A stretch of DNA of 59,339 nt, counting the filler, from Asterionella formosa (Eukaryota), in NCBI GenBank assembly GCA_002256025.1. It is 7 parts of 7 records of this genome, joined end to end, with 100 filler letters (N's around TTAATTAATTAA, not from the genome) between each part and the next. Parts side by side here need not be neighbours in the genome. Positions count along the whole stretch, not along the records: positions 8,510 to 16,910 come from NKIB01012235.1; positions 17,011 to 25,409 come from NKIB01012246.1; 5 more parts are not named here. One strand, given 5' to 3'. This document shows, piece by piece, positions 10,421-22,879 of the stretch (position 1 is the first letter of the stretch; the number at the start of each line of letters is the position of its first letter). A model generated the notes under the pieces. That model saw nothing but the letters and a program-made list of their open reading frames with translations, did no database searches and was not told the origin of the DNA. The translations under genes and the position numbers were made by a program.

Positions 10421-13400
10421 AATGATTGCTTTCTTGTTGCCTCATATTATCATACACTCGCTTTACATATTGTTGCTTTCATAGGATCATCAATAAAGTT
10501 AGGGACATCCCAGAAAGTATATGGCATTTTCCTCCCGTGCATTATATTACAGGCCACTTTGAGAGGCTGAAGAAACAAGAATGAAGTATCACCTTTCACT
10601 TTCCAGTTCTTTTGAAAGAAATTTTTCAATACTCCAGGAGTCTGGTATAACTGCACCTGGGCCTCACTAGACTACATGGTACTGCTTAACTTCTTACTTG
10701 TACCAATGATATACCAGTATTACAACAGGCACTGGGCTCATTTGACTTTTCTCTTGTTCTAGTTATTTGTTGAATTCCTCCTCGAATATCTCCATTGTCA
10801 AGGATTTCTCTTAAAATCAGTGTTTTTCTTGCAGCACATGATGGCCACCCAAGCTGAGTTAATTCAGCTGTGTTGACCCGCCTTTTGTTTCTGACATATT
10901 ACTATTGGCTGTTACTTCCCTTGGCGCTAGCCTCTGCAGTTCTGCCTTCATTTCGGTTCCTCCCACGGACACTATGATTCTTGAGTCACAATAGTTGATA
11001 AAAATTTTCTATTTTCTCTTGTTTCATTCATCCAATATTTCTAGGCAAACTACTCAAACCCATCTCCGCCGAGAGCATACTACAAGGTTTTCCTGAAAAA
11101 TACCTTCGTTGCACCAAAGTGTCCCAAAATGCACAATGGGATAGTCCAGGGAACTTGTGATCACTTTTTTCCTAAAAATCTAGCAAATCAATGATCTTTT
11201 ATATTAATGTATTATAGTATTTTTTATGGCCAATTCGTACTCCCTTATTCCTATTTCGTACACATATCTAGTAGCCTAACATAGTGGATGATAAATTCCA
11301 CTTTAAAAATGGTTACATTACGAATTGGCAAATGGTATGGAGGGTAAAAAACGAAGGGTTATGCAAGGTTCAATACAATTTATGATCAAGTCGAGCACCT
11401 ACGTGAGTCTTCAAACAGCATTGCTTTGGAGTCTATGTTCATGAATATGCAAAAGAAGGATACAAATGTGACCAAAATGGGAGGTAGCTAAGAAATGATT
11501 TGTTATTATTAATATTATTATCATTCTCATTTACTAACTAACACTAATGTAATCACAATTCTAATGCGGGTAAGTTCTTGCTTATATGCCAACAGTGATT
11601 AGGGTACGAAACGACCTGGGGAAGGCAAAAATTCCAAGTAGCTACCGCTAGTATCTCTCCCAAAGCCTATTCAATTAGTGACCTTTCGGGCACTTCACCA
11701 GCAACTGAAAGAAGCAGCACCGCCTTAAGAAATCCAATTCGTGTTGATGGCTCTTTCCCACGACCACCCAATGTGGCCTCGCTACCAACAATGGAAGGAA
11801 ATTTGACATCATCAGGAAATGAACTGAATGGAAAGTCAGGAAGTTCTATGAAAAGCTTATTGAATCGCTCACAAAGGTCGGCTAAAACACCCACTACTTT
11901 GAACCAGGTGCAAGTTAATTGGAAATCATCGTTGGACAAGGATTTCATGAATTTCAAGCGCCAAGGAATGGCTATTCTGGTTATGGAAGCCATGACAAAA
12001 CTTATAGAGCGAAGGTCGGAACGCAAGTCATTACCTACCAAGAGATGCATGTTAAAGGCAAACAACAACTATGAAGCATTCTACCAGATGACTATGGAGG
12101 ATCTCCATGACAGTGACATTCCCGAGTATAGGCAAGTCGATAAAAAAGATTCAAGACATGCATATTTCATTGAGTGCTGTGCTGAGACATCGGGTTAATT
12201 TCTCTGCTTTCAATAAAGGGGAACAAGCTTGCCACACTGAGGAGCTGAACAGAAGAGGTCATCTACCTAATTAACATTACCTTTCTACCGGTAGTAGTGT
12301 TCGGAGAAATATGATGCAGTGTGAAGGAGAGATGGAAGAGATCTAACCGTCACAAATATACATAGCTGTTAGTAAATGGTAACTTATTTCGTATCTATGA
12401 AACAATGCATTTGCAATTTAAACAATGCATTTGCAGATGTTATTTTCATATGTCTCCAATGTCTGCGCTTCCTGCCAATATCTACTCATTACCTCAATCG
12501 TCTCGACTGGTGGCATCGAGTAAAACACATGCGAGAATGTATGGATCTATGGGAAATTGATCACAAACAGAAAGAAATTTAATTTTTCGTGAGCAGTACT
12601 ACCAGTAAATCTAGTAGTTGCTCGTCGCCTGAAATTTTTCTAGGCAAAAACTGATGTTCTGCTTATTTCACCTTCTATCACTTAATTGCATCATTGAATG
12701 AAAATCAAGGAGTGTCTACCGTACTGATGTACATATATATATTATATATATATAATATATCATAAAAAGGCCTATTGATAGTCAACTAGTAGTAGTATCA
12801 ATATGCTATTCTAACAAATCATGTATTCAGATAATATATAGATATATTCAAGTAAGCATTTTGATGTTTTCAACTAATTCATGTGAACCATTCAAAATCA
12901 ACTAGGCTTATTTATGTGAAGGTCGCTTCAAATAAAACGCGTCTTCCATGTAATTCTTCAATTTGTTCACATAATTCTATAATTCCCTTCAAGTAATTTT
13001 CTGAATTTCATTCAACTAATTTCCTGAAGGTTATTCAAATAAATTAATTTTTTTTCAAATAGCTAGTGTAGTTAACTAATTCAACTATTCACACTTTATG
13101 GGAAAAAATCTCGACATGCAATAAAGGCTGTCTTTTCAGAGTGAGCGAAATCTGGAGTCTTGACGAGCGAGAAGGCAGCAGACATCATGAGAGACCTGTA
13201 TGGACAATGCAAGAATAGAAGCCGTTCATTCAGAATGGAACAATCGTCACTCTTGAACAGGCATCTTGTGCGACATAAATACAGCAGGAATGCATCATAC
13301 TGGTTTCCTTCCTCTCCTTGAAATGCCTTGTTCATTGTCCTGCATAGATTTTCACAGCAACATTGTGTCAGTAAACCATTCTAGCTACAACGGAAAGCAA

Positions 13401-15801
13401 CATAAACACATGCGCCATTCAACTGTTTCAGCACGGAGCCATTTAAATGACAGCGAAGCACCAGCATCAAGCAAGCAGCACCACAACTCACTAGTACGTT
13501 CAAAAGAACGCTCCTGTTCTGAAATGCGCCACAAAATTTTTAAATAAATGTAGATAACCACAACAGATCAGTGTGAGTTATCGTTCCATTTTCTGATATG
13601 ATGATGACAAAAATGAAGATTAATCTTACCTTAAAAGACTCCATTGCGGATCTTTATGGTGCATCATTTCACCTTCTTCTATCACTCCGCCCTGCCTTGT
13701 AAGGAACACTCCTTTACTGAAAAACCTGTTCGAATGTCAAGTGAAGAACAAAGAGAACAACAGTATGATACATCGCTCCCTTGGTGACATGATAGCAAAA
13801 ATAGCAAGCAAATTTATCTTACCTTAAAAGCATCCAGGGCGTATCTCAATGATGCGCGCATCATTCCATCATCAGTTGATGCAACAAACAGCATATGATT
13901 TGATAAATGATTTGTCAATAGTGAGGCAGCTGAGAAGCTGGAAGCGGGACGCTGGTTGAAAGGGTTGTCCCCATGATGGAAAGATATTGTGGTTTTTATA
14001 AATTCAGATGGCCAAAAATCCTGGCGCTGCCATGGCTTCCTCTTTGTACCGCAACGACGTACAATCTACACGAAAACATTTGGCGCAGTCTTGCTAATAG
14101 TTTTTTTCTGGACCAATGTCTGAGGCTAGAAGTGTGACTCTGAACAAATACGACAAGTACTAGTAGAGGTTACAGCCAATGATTGCTTCTAATGGCCCAT
14201 GCACTGGATGATCTACCAGGCTTCTATTAGAATAACAAGTAAATACATGGAATTTGTATTGAAAACAAATCAACTGATAGAGTTAAACAGCTCATTCTCC
14301 ATCATTGAAAAGATTTGATATGTACTTTCTACGCCAATCAATTAAATATATATCACAAAACTATTATGGAAGAAGGGCGTTACGCCTGGTGCATCATGAT
14401 GAAATTTTGTTCTATGATGTCCTCCTCAATTTCTGTGTGATTCGTACATTCCGGGTAATGAATACAATGACAATGACGACAAGGAGACACTTCGAATAAG
14501 ATGGTTTACTGGTGAGGGATGACAAATGAATGATTTATGCAAAATTAAATTTTAGAAATTTACATTGAAAATGTGCATCTCTTACAGCGGAACACCAATG
14601 GACATGGTTGCTTCAATTTCGGTGCATCAGGATGGCAAAATCTCCTTTCTTTGTATCTTCGTCATTGCCTGAGAGATTCATACATTCTTGGCATATACGA
14701 CGATAGGAGTCACTTGTAACATGTTGGTTTATGGATGACGGATGAAAAATGAATGATAAATGCAGAAATGAATTTGTCACATATGAAGCTAGTACTATAA
14801 TCTGCTTTTTAAGTGCCTTCAGGTACATATTTTCGTTCCCAGGTTGCTTCCATGTTAGCTCAGCACTGAGCATTCTAGTGGTGCATGCCCAATCTTGGAG
14901 CTGCAATTGGTCAGGGTTGGGAGTTGAGGATAAGTACCTGGTTAGTAGATGTGATGTGCTGTGAGAGTAAAAAGTATATCTAGCCAGTAATTGGTCCTCC
15001 GACCAGCCGGTTAACATGCTATGGCATCATTGATGGAGTACCTGATGGTACTATAATATTATCGATATCAAGGGAATGACATCGTGGTTTAGCACATTGC
15101 CTTTGATCAGAGGTTGTGTGATTCGATTCCCGCTTTTTTTAGCAGCAATTGTTGGGTTCAACTCCCACACTCCTCCTTACCGTCCTTCAAGGTCTTGCCT
15201 GGTGGTGTGCAAGAAATATTTGGTTGACTTCCTACAAGCTTCTTGTGCCGCCTTCCTAGGCGGTTGGACTTTTCCTTAAGCTGCGGGTAGTAAGACAATG
15301 ATCACCTTTCGCGAAAGGTGGTTGGGGACTAGACTACAAGAACAAAACTAGGTAAGCAAAGGTCTTGTTGGCAGGTTGCACATTTAATTCTTGCCTATAG
15401 AACTAGGGAAGTACGAATGGGACATAAAATTGACTAACTTCTAGTATTATTGATTTAAAAACTTGGCGCAAGACAATAAAATCATCCATATTGTAATACT
15501 GGTATATCATAGGTACAAGTAAGCAGTTAAGCAGTACCATGTAGTCTAGTGAGGCCCAGGTGCAGTAATACCAGACTCCTGGAGTATTGAAAAATTTCTT
15601 TCAAAAGAACTGGAAAGTGAAAGGTGATACTTCATTCTTGTTTCTTCAGCCTCTCAAAGTGGCCTGTAATATAATGCACGGGAGGAAAATGCCATATACT
15701 TTCTGGGATGTCCCTAACTTTATTGATGATCCTAGTATGAAAGCAACAATATGTAAAGCGAGTGTATGATAATATGAGGCAACAAGAAAGCAATCATTTA
15801 G

Positions 15802-15882
15802 TACTAGAACTGTGGAATTGAACCCAGGAGGATCTCAGCCATGTTTAGGCCACCATGTCACAACCAGTTAGACCATTCCAGC
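15802..15882 (-). pseudogene. tRNA-Val pseudogene (mirror of 10343-10420)
   Basis: Reverse complement is nearly identical to the decayed copy at 10343. Confidence 0.8.
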
Positions 15883-16002
15883 AGCTGGCTGTGTTATAAC
15901 ATATTGGATCATTTTGATACTCCATTCTTCAGCTGGCCAAAAATTTATAAGAGGAGGCAAATGCCAGATTAAGTTTGGTTGTGTCATTTACGGTTACCAG
16001 TA

Positions 16003-16031
16003 CATGTCATAACCAACTAAACCATTCCAGC
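16003..16031 (-). pseudogene. 5' fragment of tRNA-Val
   Basis: Reverse complement GCTGGAATGGTTTAGTTGGTTATGACATG, truncated after the D arm. Confidence 0.6.
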
Positions 16032-16259
16032 AGCTCCATTGTAACATGTTGGATCATTTTTGATGCTCTCCATTCTTCAGCTGGCCTACAATTTATCAGA
16101 GGAGGCAAATGCCAGATAAATTTTGGTTGTATCATTTACAGTTACCGGTGACCCTAGATATGTGCAAGTGAAAGCAATAGCAAACAGATTACAGGCAAGT
16201 TTGCAAAATTAGGTAAAAAGGAAGACGACCTTTAGTAAGGTTTAAAAAAGAAGGCAAAT

Positions 16260-16333
16260 TACTAGAACTGGGAATTGAACCCAGGACCTCAGCCGTGTTA
16301 AGGCCGCGTCATAACCAACTAGACCATCCCAGC
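16260..16333 (-). tRNA. tRNA-Val(AAC)
   Basis: Exact reverse complement of 9751-9824. Confidence 0.95.
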
Positions 16334-16628
16334 ATTTGATTCGTGACATTTCACATGCTTTTGATTTATTTAATCAGTGAAAAATGATGTAGAGGTGAAA
16401 TTTTCTTCACGAGGACACATACCGGTACTAACATTCTTTTATAAACCTGTCATGATCTCCGGCCGACTGCAAGAATCCTGTTGCTTGAACTTGCCACAAA
16501 AGATTTCTTCTCCTTGCTTGTGCATACTGTACATGCCTGTGGTATATATTTGCATTTTTTCATTTCTTACTCGGTCCTCAGTCCTAGGTACCGGTCGCCC
16601 CTTCCCATTGTTCTTCTTTCCGTTCACC

Positions 16629-16910
16629 ATGATGTGGCTCCGGATCGTTGTTTCCGTAGTTGTGGTAGCACAATGTAATGCCTTCAGTTCCTTAGGAAGA
16701 TCAACGGCGCCGCTTGCGAAATCTGAGATTTCCAAGAATGCCATTCAATCACCCCTCTTTCACTCATCAATAGTCACTCGACTTGCGATGAGCGGCGAGG
16801 CTGCTAAAGACGAAGATGCCAAAGCGTCTACGACAGAAAAGTCCCCAGCCCAAAAGGCCAAAAGCGGAATACTGCTTTTACCGCTTTTGATTAAGTTTAT
16901 TATCGTCATG
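16629..16910 (+). CDS. Plastid-targeted hypothetical protein, 5' part (copy 2, truncated)
   Basis: Same 282 nt as 8510-8791 with three amino-acid differences (W/R, S/N, R/L). Confidence 0.75.
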
Positions 16911-17012
16911 NNNNNNNNNNNNNNNNNNNNNNNNNNNNNNNNNNNNNNNNNNNNTTAATTAATTAANNNNNNNNNNNNNNNNNNNNNNNNNNNNNNNNNN
17001 NNNNNNNNNNTG

Positions 17013-17150
17013 CTCAATGACACCCAATTTCCTTCCAGTGACAAAGAACGGAAAGAAATGGAGGTTAAGGCGAAACATGATGAAGAATTTTGGGACGGGC
17101 TCTTTGGAACGCCGTCTGACGCTGTGGATGAGCACAAAGTATGTGTGTGA
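17013..17150 (+). CDS. Possible 3' or internal exon of an unknown gene (truncated by scaffold start)
   Basis: Open frame LNDTQFPSSDKERKEMEVKAKHDEEFWDGLFGTPSDAVDEHK, then GTATGT (possible donor) or TGA. Confidence 0.35.
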   Translation, partial: LNDTQFPSSDKERKEMEVKAKHDEEFWDGLFGTPSDAVDEHKVCV

Positions 17151-17710
17151 CTAACCGGCTTGTAACGAAGCTGCATGAGTCACCTGAAAAACCGGCATGT
17201 TTTCAGAATGCAGTGAAAGTGGGACGAGCAAAATCAGCCCGATTCCAGGGCGCGATTGTTGTTCCATTTGAGGATTTTCGTGGTACCTGTCTAGTATTTG
17301 CGGACTGCGATTTCACTGGCAAGGCAAGAAGGACCTACGAATTCATGGTGATGCATTGCCTGGCCGGTCGCATGGAAACAAGGTGGTTCGAGTGAAATTG
17401 CTGCGAGTGTTGTTTGGATTACCGGCAACTACCTTGGCAATCAACTGAGGTTACACCTGTGACGACCTTAACCACCACCAACAGCGAAACTCCCTATTCT
17501 ATTGAGATTTTTGAATGCCATTATTATGTTTATCTGCCTTGATGTGCATAAGAGTGCATATGTTTGAGCATACATTCGTCACCGGCACTGGATCATATGA
17601 TCGGTTGCGATTCCTTGTTCATCTGAAGTTGTTCGCTACTTTCAGCTTGTGTCATTTGAAAACTGCTGCGATCGCTGATGATAGTGTGGGTTTTTTGGGA
17701 CGCTGCCGAA

Positions 17711-18363
17711 CTAAAGTTGGAGAAATTGAGGTATCATAAAGATCATTCCAAGGGCAGCGCAAAAGACAGCGGCCTCCAACGTTCCCTCATCGAGCATCAT
17801 CAAGGTGGAAGTGGCTTCGGCTTTTGTGGGAACATGCATGTTATGGTCATCACTTTCAACTGAAAACTGATCTGTTGTTTCGTCTTCAACGAACAAGTGA
17901 TCCGGAGGCATCTCGTGATTCAACAGGTCTAGCTGAAGGTTTAATTCATCCTCGAGCAAGCGTTGTTCCATGACAGTAGAGACATCCTCCGCTTCTGCGG
18001 TACCCATCATATTGGCCAGCAGCATGCTGCGAACTCGTTTTTGGTGGAGAGCTAAGTAATGGTATGTGCGTAAGTTGGGGTGTGTTAGCAAAATTGTTAA
18101 ACAAGTATCGGGCATATTGGTTTTATCAACTCACAATCTCGAAGAGTCTCCAATTCCCCTGGGGTGCATTTACCGAAATGTTCCGCGCAGTCCTTGACCC
18201 GTTCGAGGTCTACTTTGTCTTGTGAATCCATCGAAACAGATGACTTAAAGGATCGCTTGTTGCTGTGGTTGATCAATGCCATGTTTTGACCCAAGAAGGC
18301 AGCAGAGGCTACCATCCCAAGATTGGTAGCAAAGATAACAGAGAGGAAGGAGCGATACATCAT
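17711..18363 (-). CDS. Plastid-targeted hypothetical protein, 2 exons (intron 18052-18134)
   Basis: MMYRSFLSVIFATNLGMVASAAF presequence. An 83-nt GTGAGT...TTAG intron joins ...TLRD-S-LHQKR... in frame. It has a C-terminal hydrophobic helix. Confidence 0.8.
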
Positions 18364-19245
18364 GATTGCGAGTGAAAGCATAAGTATGTAAGTCATAGAT
18401 TTGTGAGCTGCGAGTGTTTTCCGTTTTGTTTCAAGATCTTTGTGGGAAATCCCTTCAGTGCATGGGAACATCAAAGGCCATCTGGGAGATGCGAACGATT
18501 CCATCAGACGGGGTTCGTTATTCGTGTTCTTGGTGTCAAATGTGATTAACTTATGCGAACCATGCATGGAACGTCATGATTTTGCCCTCGTTACTTAATA
18601 TTTACTTATATACTCATATGTATACTTTTATATGCTTGAGCTTGTCTCAGCTTTTTTCTTGGCACAGAATATACAAGCACAAGTATGTGGAATGTATACA
18701 TTTTTATACCACCTGGTACCTGGCACTCCACCACAGTATCCTAAATAAATAGCCATACTGTTCAGTATACCAGATACGGATACTTGTGGAAGTTGTGGTA
18801 AAAGACGGTTCTTCCTGATAAGGAAACTCCCGGTGAAGTGCCGGTATTAGGTAAGCTAATTGTTTCATACACCTCAAGGGTGGTGCATGTACCAGGTACC
18901 GGTACCTGGTACCAGGTAATCGTCTACTATCACTGTACGACCCTTGGTATCTGGTATCATTGTACCAGGTACTACCTGGTACCAGTACCAGTACACTGTC
19001 AATTCCAATGCCGGTACCAGGTACCAGGTACCAGTACCCTGGTACCAGGTACATGAGATTTTCTGAACCACCAACACACCACGAGAACCACGACATGAGA
19101 ACTGAGCGAAGTGACAGTGATGGATGATACATACATAACAATTGGACAAGCAGAAAATGGCAACAAAATATCGGTAACTGACTGACCTGACCATCCGACG
19201 ACATTCATCAATCAGTCTGTCATTTCTGCGGCTCAAGCAGCTGAC

Positions 19246-20297
19246 ATGAAGGCCCAGACGTTGTGCATTCTGTTCCTAGTTTCTCCAAGGTTCGCGAATG
19301 CCCATCACGCTTTCTTTCTCCTGTTGGCACTCCCCAAGCCGCTAGTGCCTGGGAATAAGAGATACCGAGCTCGTGTTGCCTACGATGGAGCTGGATTTCA
19401 AGGCTTTCAGGTACAGCCTAACTGTAGAACCATTCAAGTGAGTTCATTCATTTAACCTAGTTTTGGAAGCAACCTTCTTTTATTTGCCGATCTTTTCACA
19501 TTCGACTCAACACACTTTGACACATTGGAATAATACATCGACAGGGAGAACTAGAGGAAGTTCTTTCGAAGAGATTCAATCGAACCATGAGAGTCGTTGG
19601 AGCGAGTCGAACAGATGCTGGCGTGCATGCGAGAGGACAAGCGATACATTTTGACCTCACAGAGGGCGACATGAGAACCGTGGATGAACCGAAAAAACTG
19701 GAAAAATCTCTCAACAAAATGTTACGCCAAGACTTGAGAATTTGGAATATTCAAGAAGCCCCTACCGTTATCAAGGATTTCACCACTCGAGTGCAGGAGG
19801 TGGAATGGAACGCTATTATTGACTCTAAAAAGAAGTTATATGTTTATAGAATGTCAATTGGAAATCAAATGGATCCATTAGATCGACACACTCGCTTTCA
19901 AGTACCGTGGCCCAATACTGACATTGAAGTGCTAAGGCGTTGCCTCAATCGTTTCGAAGGCCGCCATGACTTTCGAGCCTTTGCGTGTGGGATGGAGAGG
20001 CTGGAAAAGAATTTGTCCGGAACAATGGATACGTGTCGAGATGTGTACAGTATTGATTTGATAGATGAAGGTCATGGATTATACCGCATCGAAGTTGTTC
20101 TCAAGGGAGCATTGTATAAGATGATCCGCAACATGGTGGGGACGGCCTTATATGTGGCGATTGGGAGATTCGACGAATGTAAATTTGTGAAACTGATTGA
20201 ACAGGAGAATGGGGAGTTTACTCGATACAATAATCCATGCAGACCAGCACCTCCGAATGGACTGACTTTGGAGAGAGTATACTACGAGGATTATTGA
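19246..20297 (+). CDS. truA: tRNA pseudouridine(38-40) synthase, organelle-targeted, 2 exons (intron 19438-19544)
   Basis: YRARVAYDGAGFQGFQ-Q...TIQ|GELEEVL, catalytic SRTDAGVHA, GRHDFRAF, LYKMIRNMVG and APPNGLTL. It has an N-terminal signal peptide. Confidence 0.93.
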
Positions 20298-20488
20298 GCT
20301 CGGCTGGTATAGAAGGAGTGCCGGTTTGAAACTCGAGCACTCCTTGTGTGGATTCTCGACTCTTTGCTTCTCTGAAAAAGATATCAGGAAAGCAACGATG
20401 TAACTTTACAGTCTTGTAGCAAACAATTACTTGTTTAGAACCATACCAAACCCTATTACATACGAAACCCATCAATCACGCTCAACAT

Positions 20489-21796
20489 CTAAAGCAGAAA
20501 CATATTTGGTCGAAACGATCGACGGTAGACAATCCTATCCATTTGAACAACAACCTTCTTGCTCAATTTCGGGCACTTGATCTTACATATCAGCTCTAGT
20601 TCTTTGGGAAGTAAAGGGGTGTCTCCGCTGAACAACTCTATGGGAAGAGGTATATCTTGCAATTCGTTTACAATGTCAAGGTTCTTGATCCCAATCGTTC
20701 GAAGTCGAACTCGTTTTAAGTCCCCAGGTACTTTCTCGTTGATACTTGTTACAAACGAGATAGCTCCAACCAAATTTCCAGGATGGACGCTATTGACGTA
20801 GTTGACATTTATCAGTTCCTCGTGAATGACTTCGTGCAAATCTCTGGACGCTGCTGACATGGCCAAACCCAGCACCAACCCACCAGGTATCAGTAGTTCG
20901 TTCTGGTCGTACTTTCGAGTGTTAAAATGTCTGGGATGAGTTAGCTTCACAAGAGAGGCGAGCTGTTGCGATTGAGACCCCGAAAGGGATCGCTGCATGT
21001 TATGTAGGACCAGCTGTCCAGGTCTGAGCGCCGCCAGTGACTGGCTACCCAACTCTTCCAGAATGTTTGCCTTGGCAAACAAGTGATTTCGAAAGAGTTG
21101 TTCGGGTTCGTCTAAACTGCAAGTGGTCGACGACTCTTGCACGGGAAATTCAAACAGCATTCTCTTGTCCGCTCGCATGCACAGTCGACCACGCTGATTG
21201 ATGAGGTCACAGGTGAAATCCATGATCGAGTGGTTCCCATCCGACGTGTTTCGCACCGCCTTGACGTGAAATGATTTCTTGAAGGTGTCTCCAGCAAAGG
21301 CGGGCCATAGGTAATGCACATTACCAAAGCCGACCTGAACTTTAGCAGCGTCGGCATGTGTCATGGAGGAAGTTAAGAACAGTACCAGCGGGAAAGGAAG
21401 GACTTGGTCCTGGAGACCTATTTTCCTTGCAAAGGGTCTTGATGTGTGTATTCGATCTTGTGAGTGAAAAGCAGACTGCCAAAAGTCGTGCAGTGACTCC
21501 GAGACGGTCAGCTCATAGGGTATCTCAAGTTTATCTCCAGGTCTAAGAGCTTGTAGATCGACGGCAAGATCAAGAACCTCCCCTTGAATGAAACCAGCCT
21601 CGGTTTTGGTGCTCGTGAAATCTCCGACACTCGTCGTACGATCTGTATCGTTTCTGCTGCCAATTGTGCTCGGTCCAGGCCGAGCTTGCGGAGGGATTGA
21701 CGTTGTAACAACACTTCTCCGCTGCATCGACCTGCTAGCTTCATGTGCCCTTGTTGCTCTCTGGAGACAGGAGGTGCAGATTTTCATGGTGATCAC
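20489..21796 (-). CDS. Double-hotdog MaoC-like hydratase (mesaconyl-/2-methylfumaryl-CoA hydratase-like), probable mitochondrial presequence
   Basis: Two MaoC-like halves (IHTSRPFARKIGL...WPAFAGDTF...LINQRG and HPRHFN...LIPGGLVL...RVRLRTIG) and an R/S/T-rich N-terminus. Confidence 0.75.
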   Translation of the reverse strand: MITMKICTSCLQRATRAHEASRSMQRRSVVTTSIPPQARPGPSTIGSRNDTDRTTSVGDFTSTKTEAGFIQGEVLDLAVDLQALRPGDKLEIPYELTVSESLHDFWQSAFHSQDRIHTSRPFARKIGLQDQVLPFPLVLFLTSSMTHADAAKVQVGFGNVHYLWPAFAGDTFKKSFHVKAVRNTSDGNHSIMDFTCDLINQRGRLCMRADKRMLFEFPVQESSTTCSLDEPEQLFRNHLFAKANILEELGSQSLAALRPGQLVLHNMQRSLSGSQSQQLASLVKLTHPRHFNTRKYDQNELLIPGGLVLGLAMSAASRDLHEVIHEELINVNYVNSVHPGNLVGAISFVTSINEKVPGDLKRVRLRTIGIKNLDIVNELQDIPLPIELFSGDTPLLPKELELICKIKCPKLSKKVVVQMDRIVYRRSFRPNMFLL

Positions 21797-22879
21797 GCAT
21801 TCCGGTTAGATGGACAGTGAGTGCGCTTGTCATGAAAGCTAGCTTTGCGTATTACCCGCTACCGATAGGCCAGCTGAGGCATTTGTTAGTCTTCACAGTC
21901 ACACAAAATGGAAAAATATGTTGCTCATTCAGCCAGACAAAAAATTTGTATCGCACACATCCCGGTGATACGTTGCTTCCAGTAACACTTTTCGTTGTTG
22001 CTCCGAAATGTGTATCTGTGTGTATCGCTGCAGATACAGCAGTAGCAAGCAACACTAATTTTATAAATTTTATGATGTCATGTAATTAAATTAATCAACA
22101 AAGACACCATTTTCATCCATAAAATGGCAACAATGGAAACGATTTTTGGGAGGAGGGATCAACAGCAATTATTATCACAACTTGTGTAACTATGGTTTCA
22201 GTACTCCTCCTTATTGCAACATCTACAAGTTGTGCTTCTTGTTGTCGTTGCTCCTTCTCATAGAGCAATGACATGGGAAGAATGATGGTGTTCTTGCCTG
22301 GATGGCTTGAGAACCAACTTTCTGGTTGCACATATCTTACAAATGCTATTTGCAACTCCTTCAAAAATAACTTTATGACAAGTGCTTTTGTGAAACCAGA
22401 AATCTATGGCTAAACAATCCCTCATGGAACAAGGCTCAACCTGTATTGCCTTGGACTCCATTGTGCATAAATCAGAAGGAGAGGAGAAATGTGGTAAATT
22501 GAACATCAGATATATTTCATCAGAGTTATGATCATCAGAGCAAAAGGTTGTGCATATGCCACAACTAGCTAGCTACAGGATCCTCACTATAATTTTGCTG
22601 AGTTTGATTCACATGTTTTGGGTGACAAGAAAAGAGCAGCGGCTGACCATTTTGCCAATACAAAGATATATTTTCTTGAAATTTGTCTCTGTATAGATTC
22701 AATTCTTAACCAGGGGAACAATAGTGGTTGCTCAGGACCAGTACTAGATGGGGACAAGACTGCAAACAGTTCAACAACATCTAAGACACCATTTACAGCA
22801 GACGCACTTTTTCGAATTTATGTCTTCAGTGATGTATTTATGCTACTTTGCTAAAAACTTATGCTACTTCTAAAAAACA

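Larger units (their letters stand above)
8510..10725. repeat. Left arm of a large inverted duplication (right arm 15491-16910)
   Basis: 8510-8826 matches the reverse complement of 16594-16910. 10421-10725 matches the reverse complement of 15491-15800. The tRNA array is mirrored. Confidence 0.92.

Noticed and set aside
9717..10656. ORFs over the tRNA array and the duplicated 60-68 aa ORF (10450-10656 / 15587-15769)
   Set aside because: They are shadow frames of tRNA and duplicated DNA with non-ATG starts and no recognisable domain.
18704..19236. Several overlapping VPGT/WY-rich ORFs
   Set aside because: They are translations of the stop-poor GGTACC tract, not proteins.
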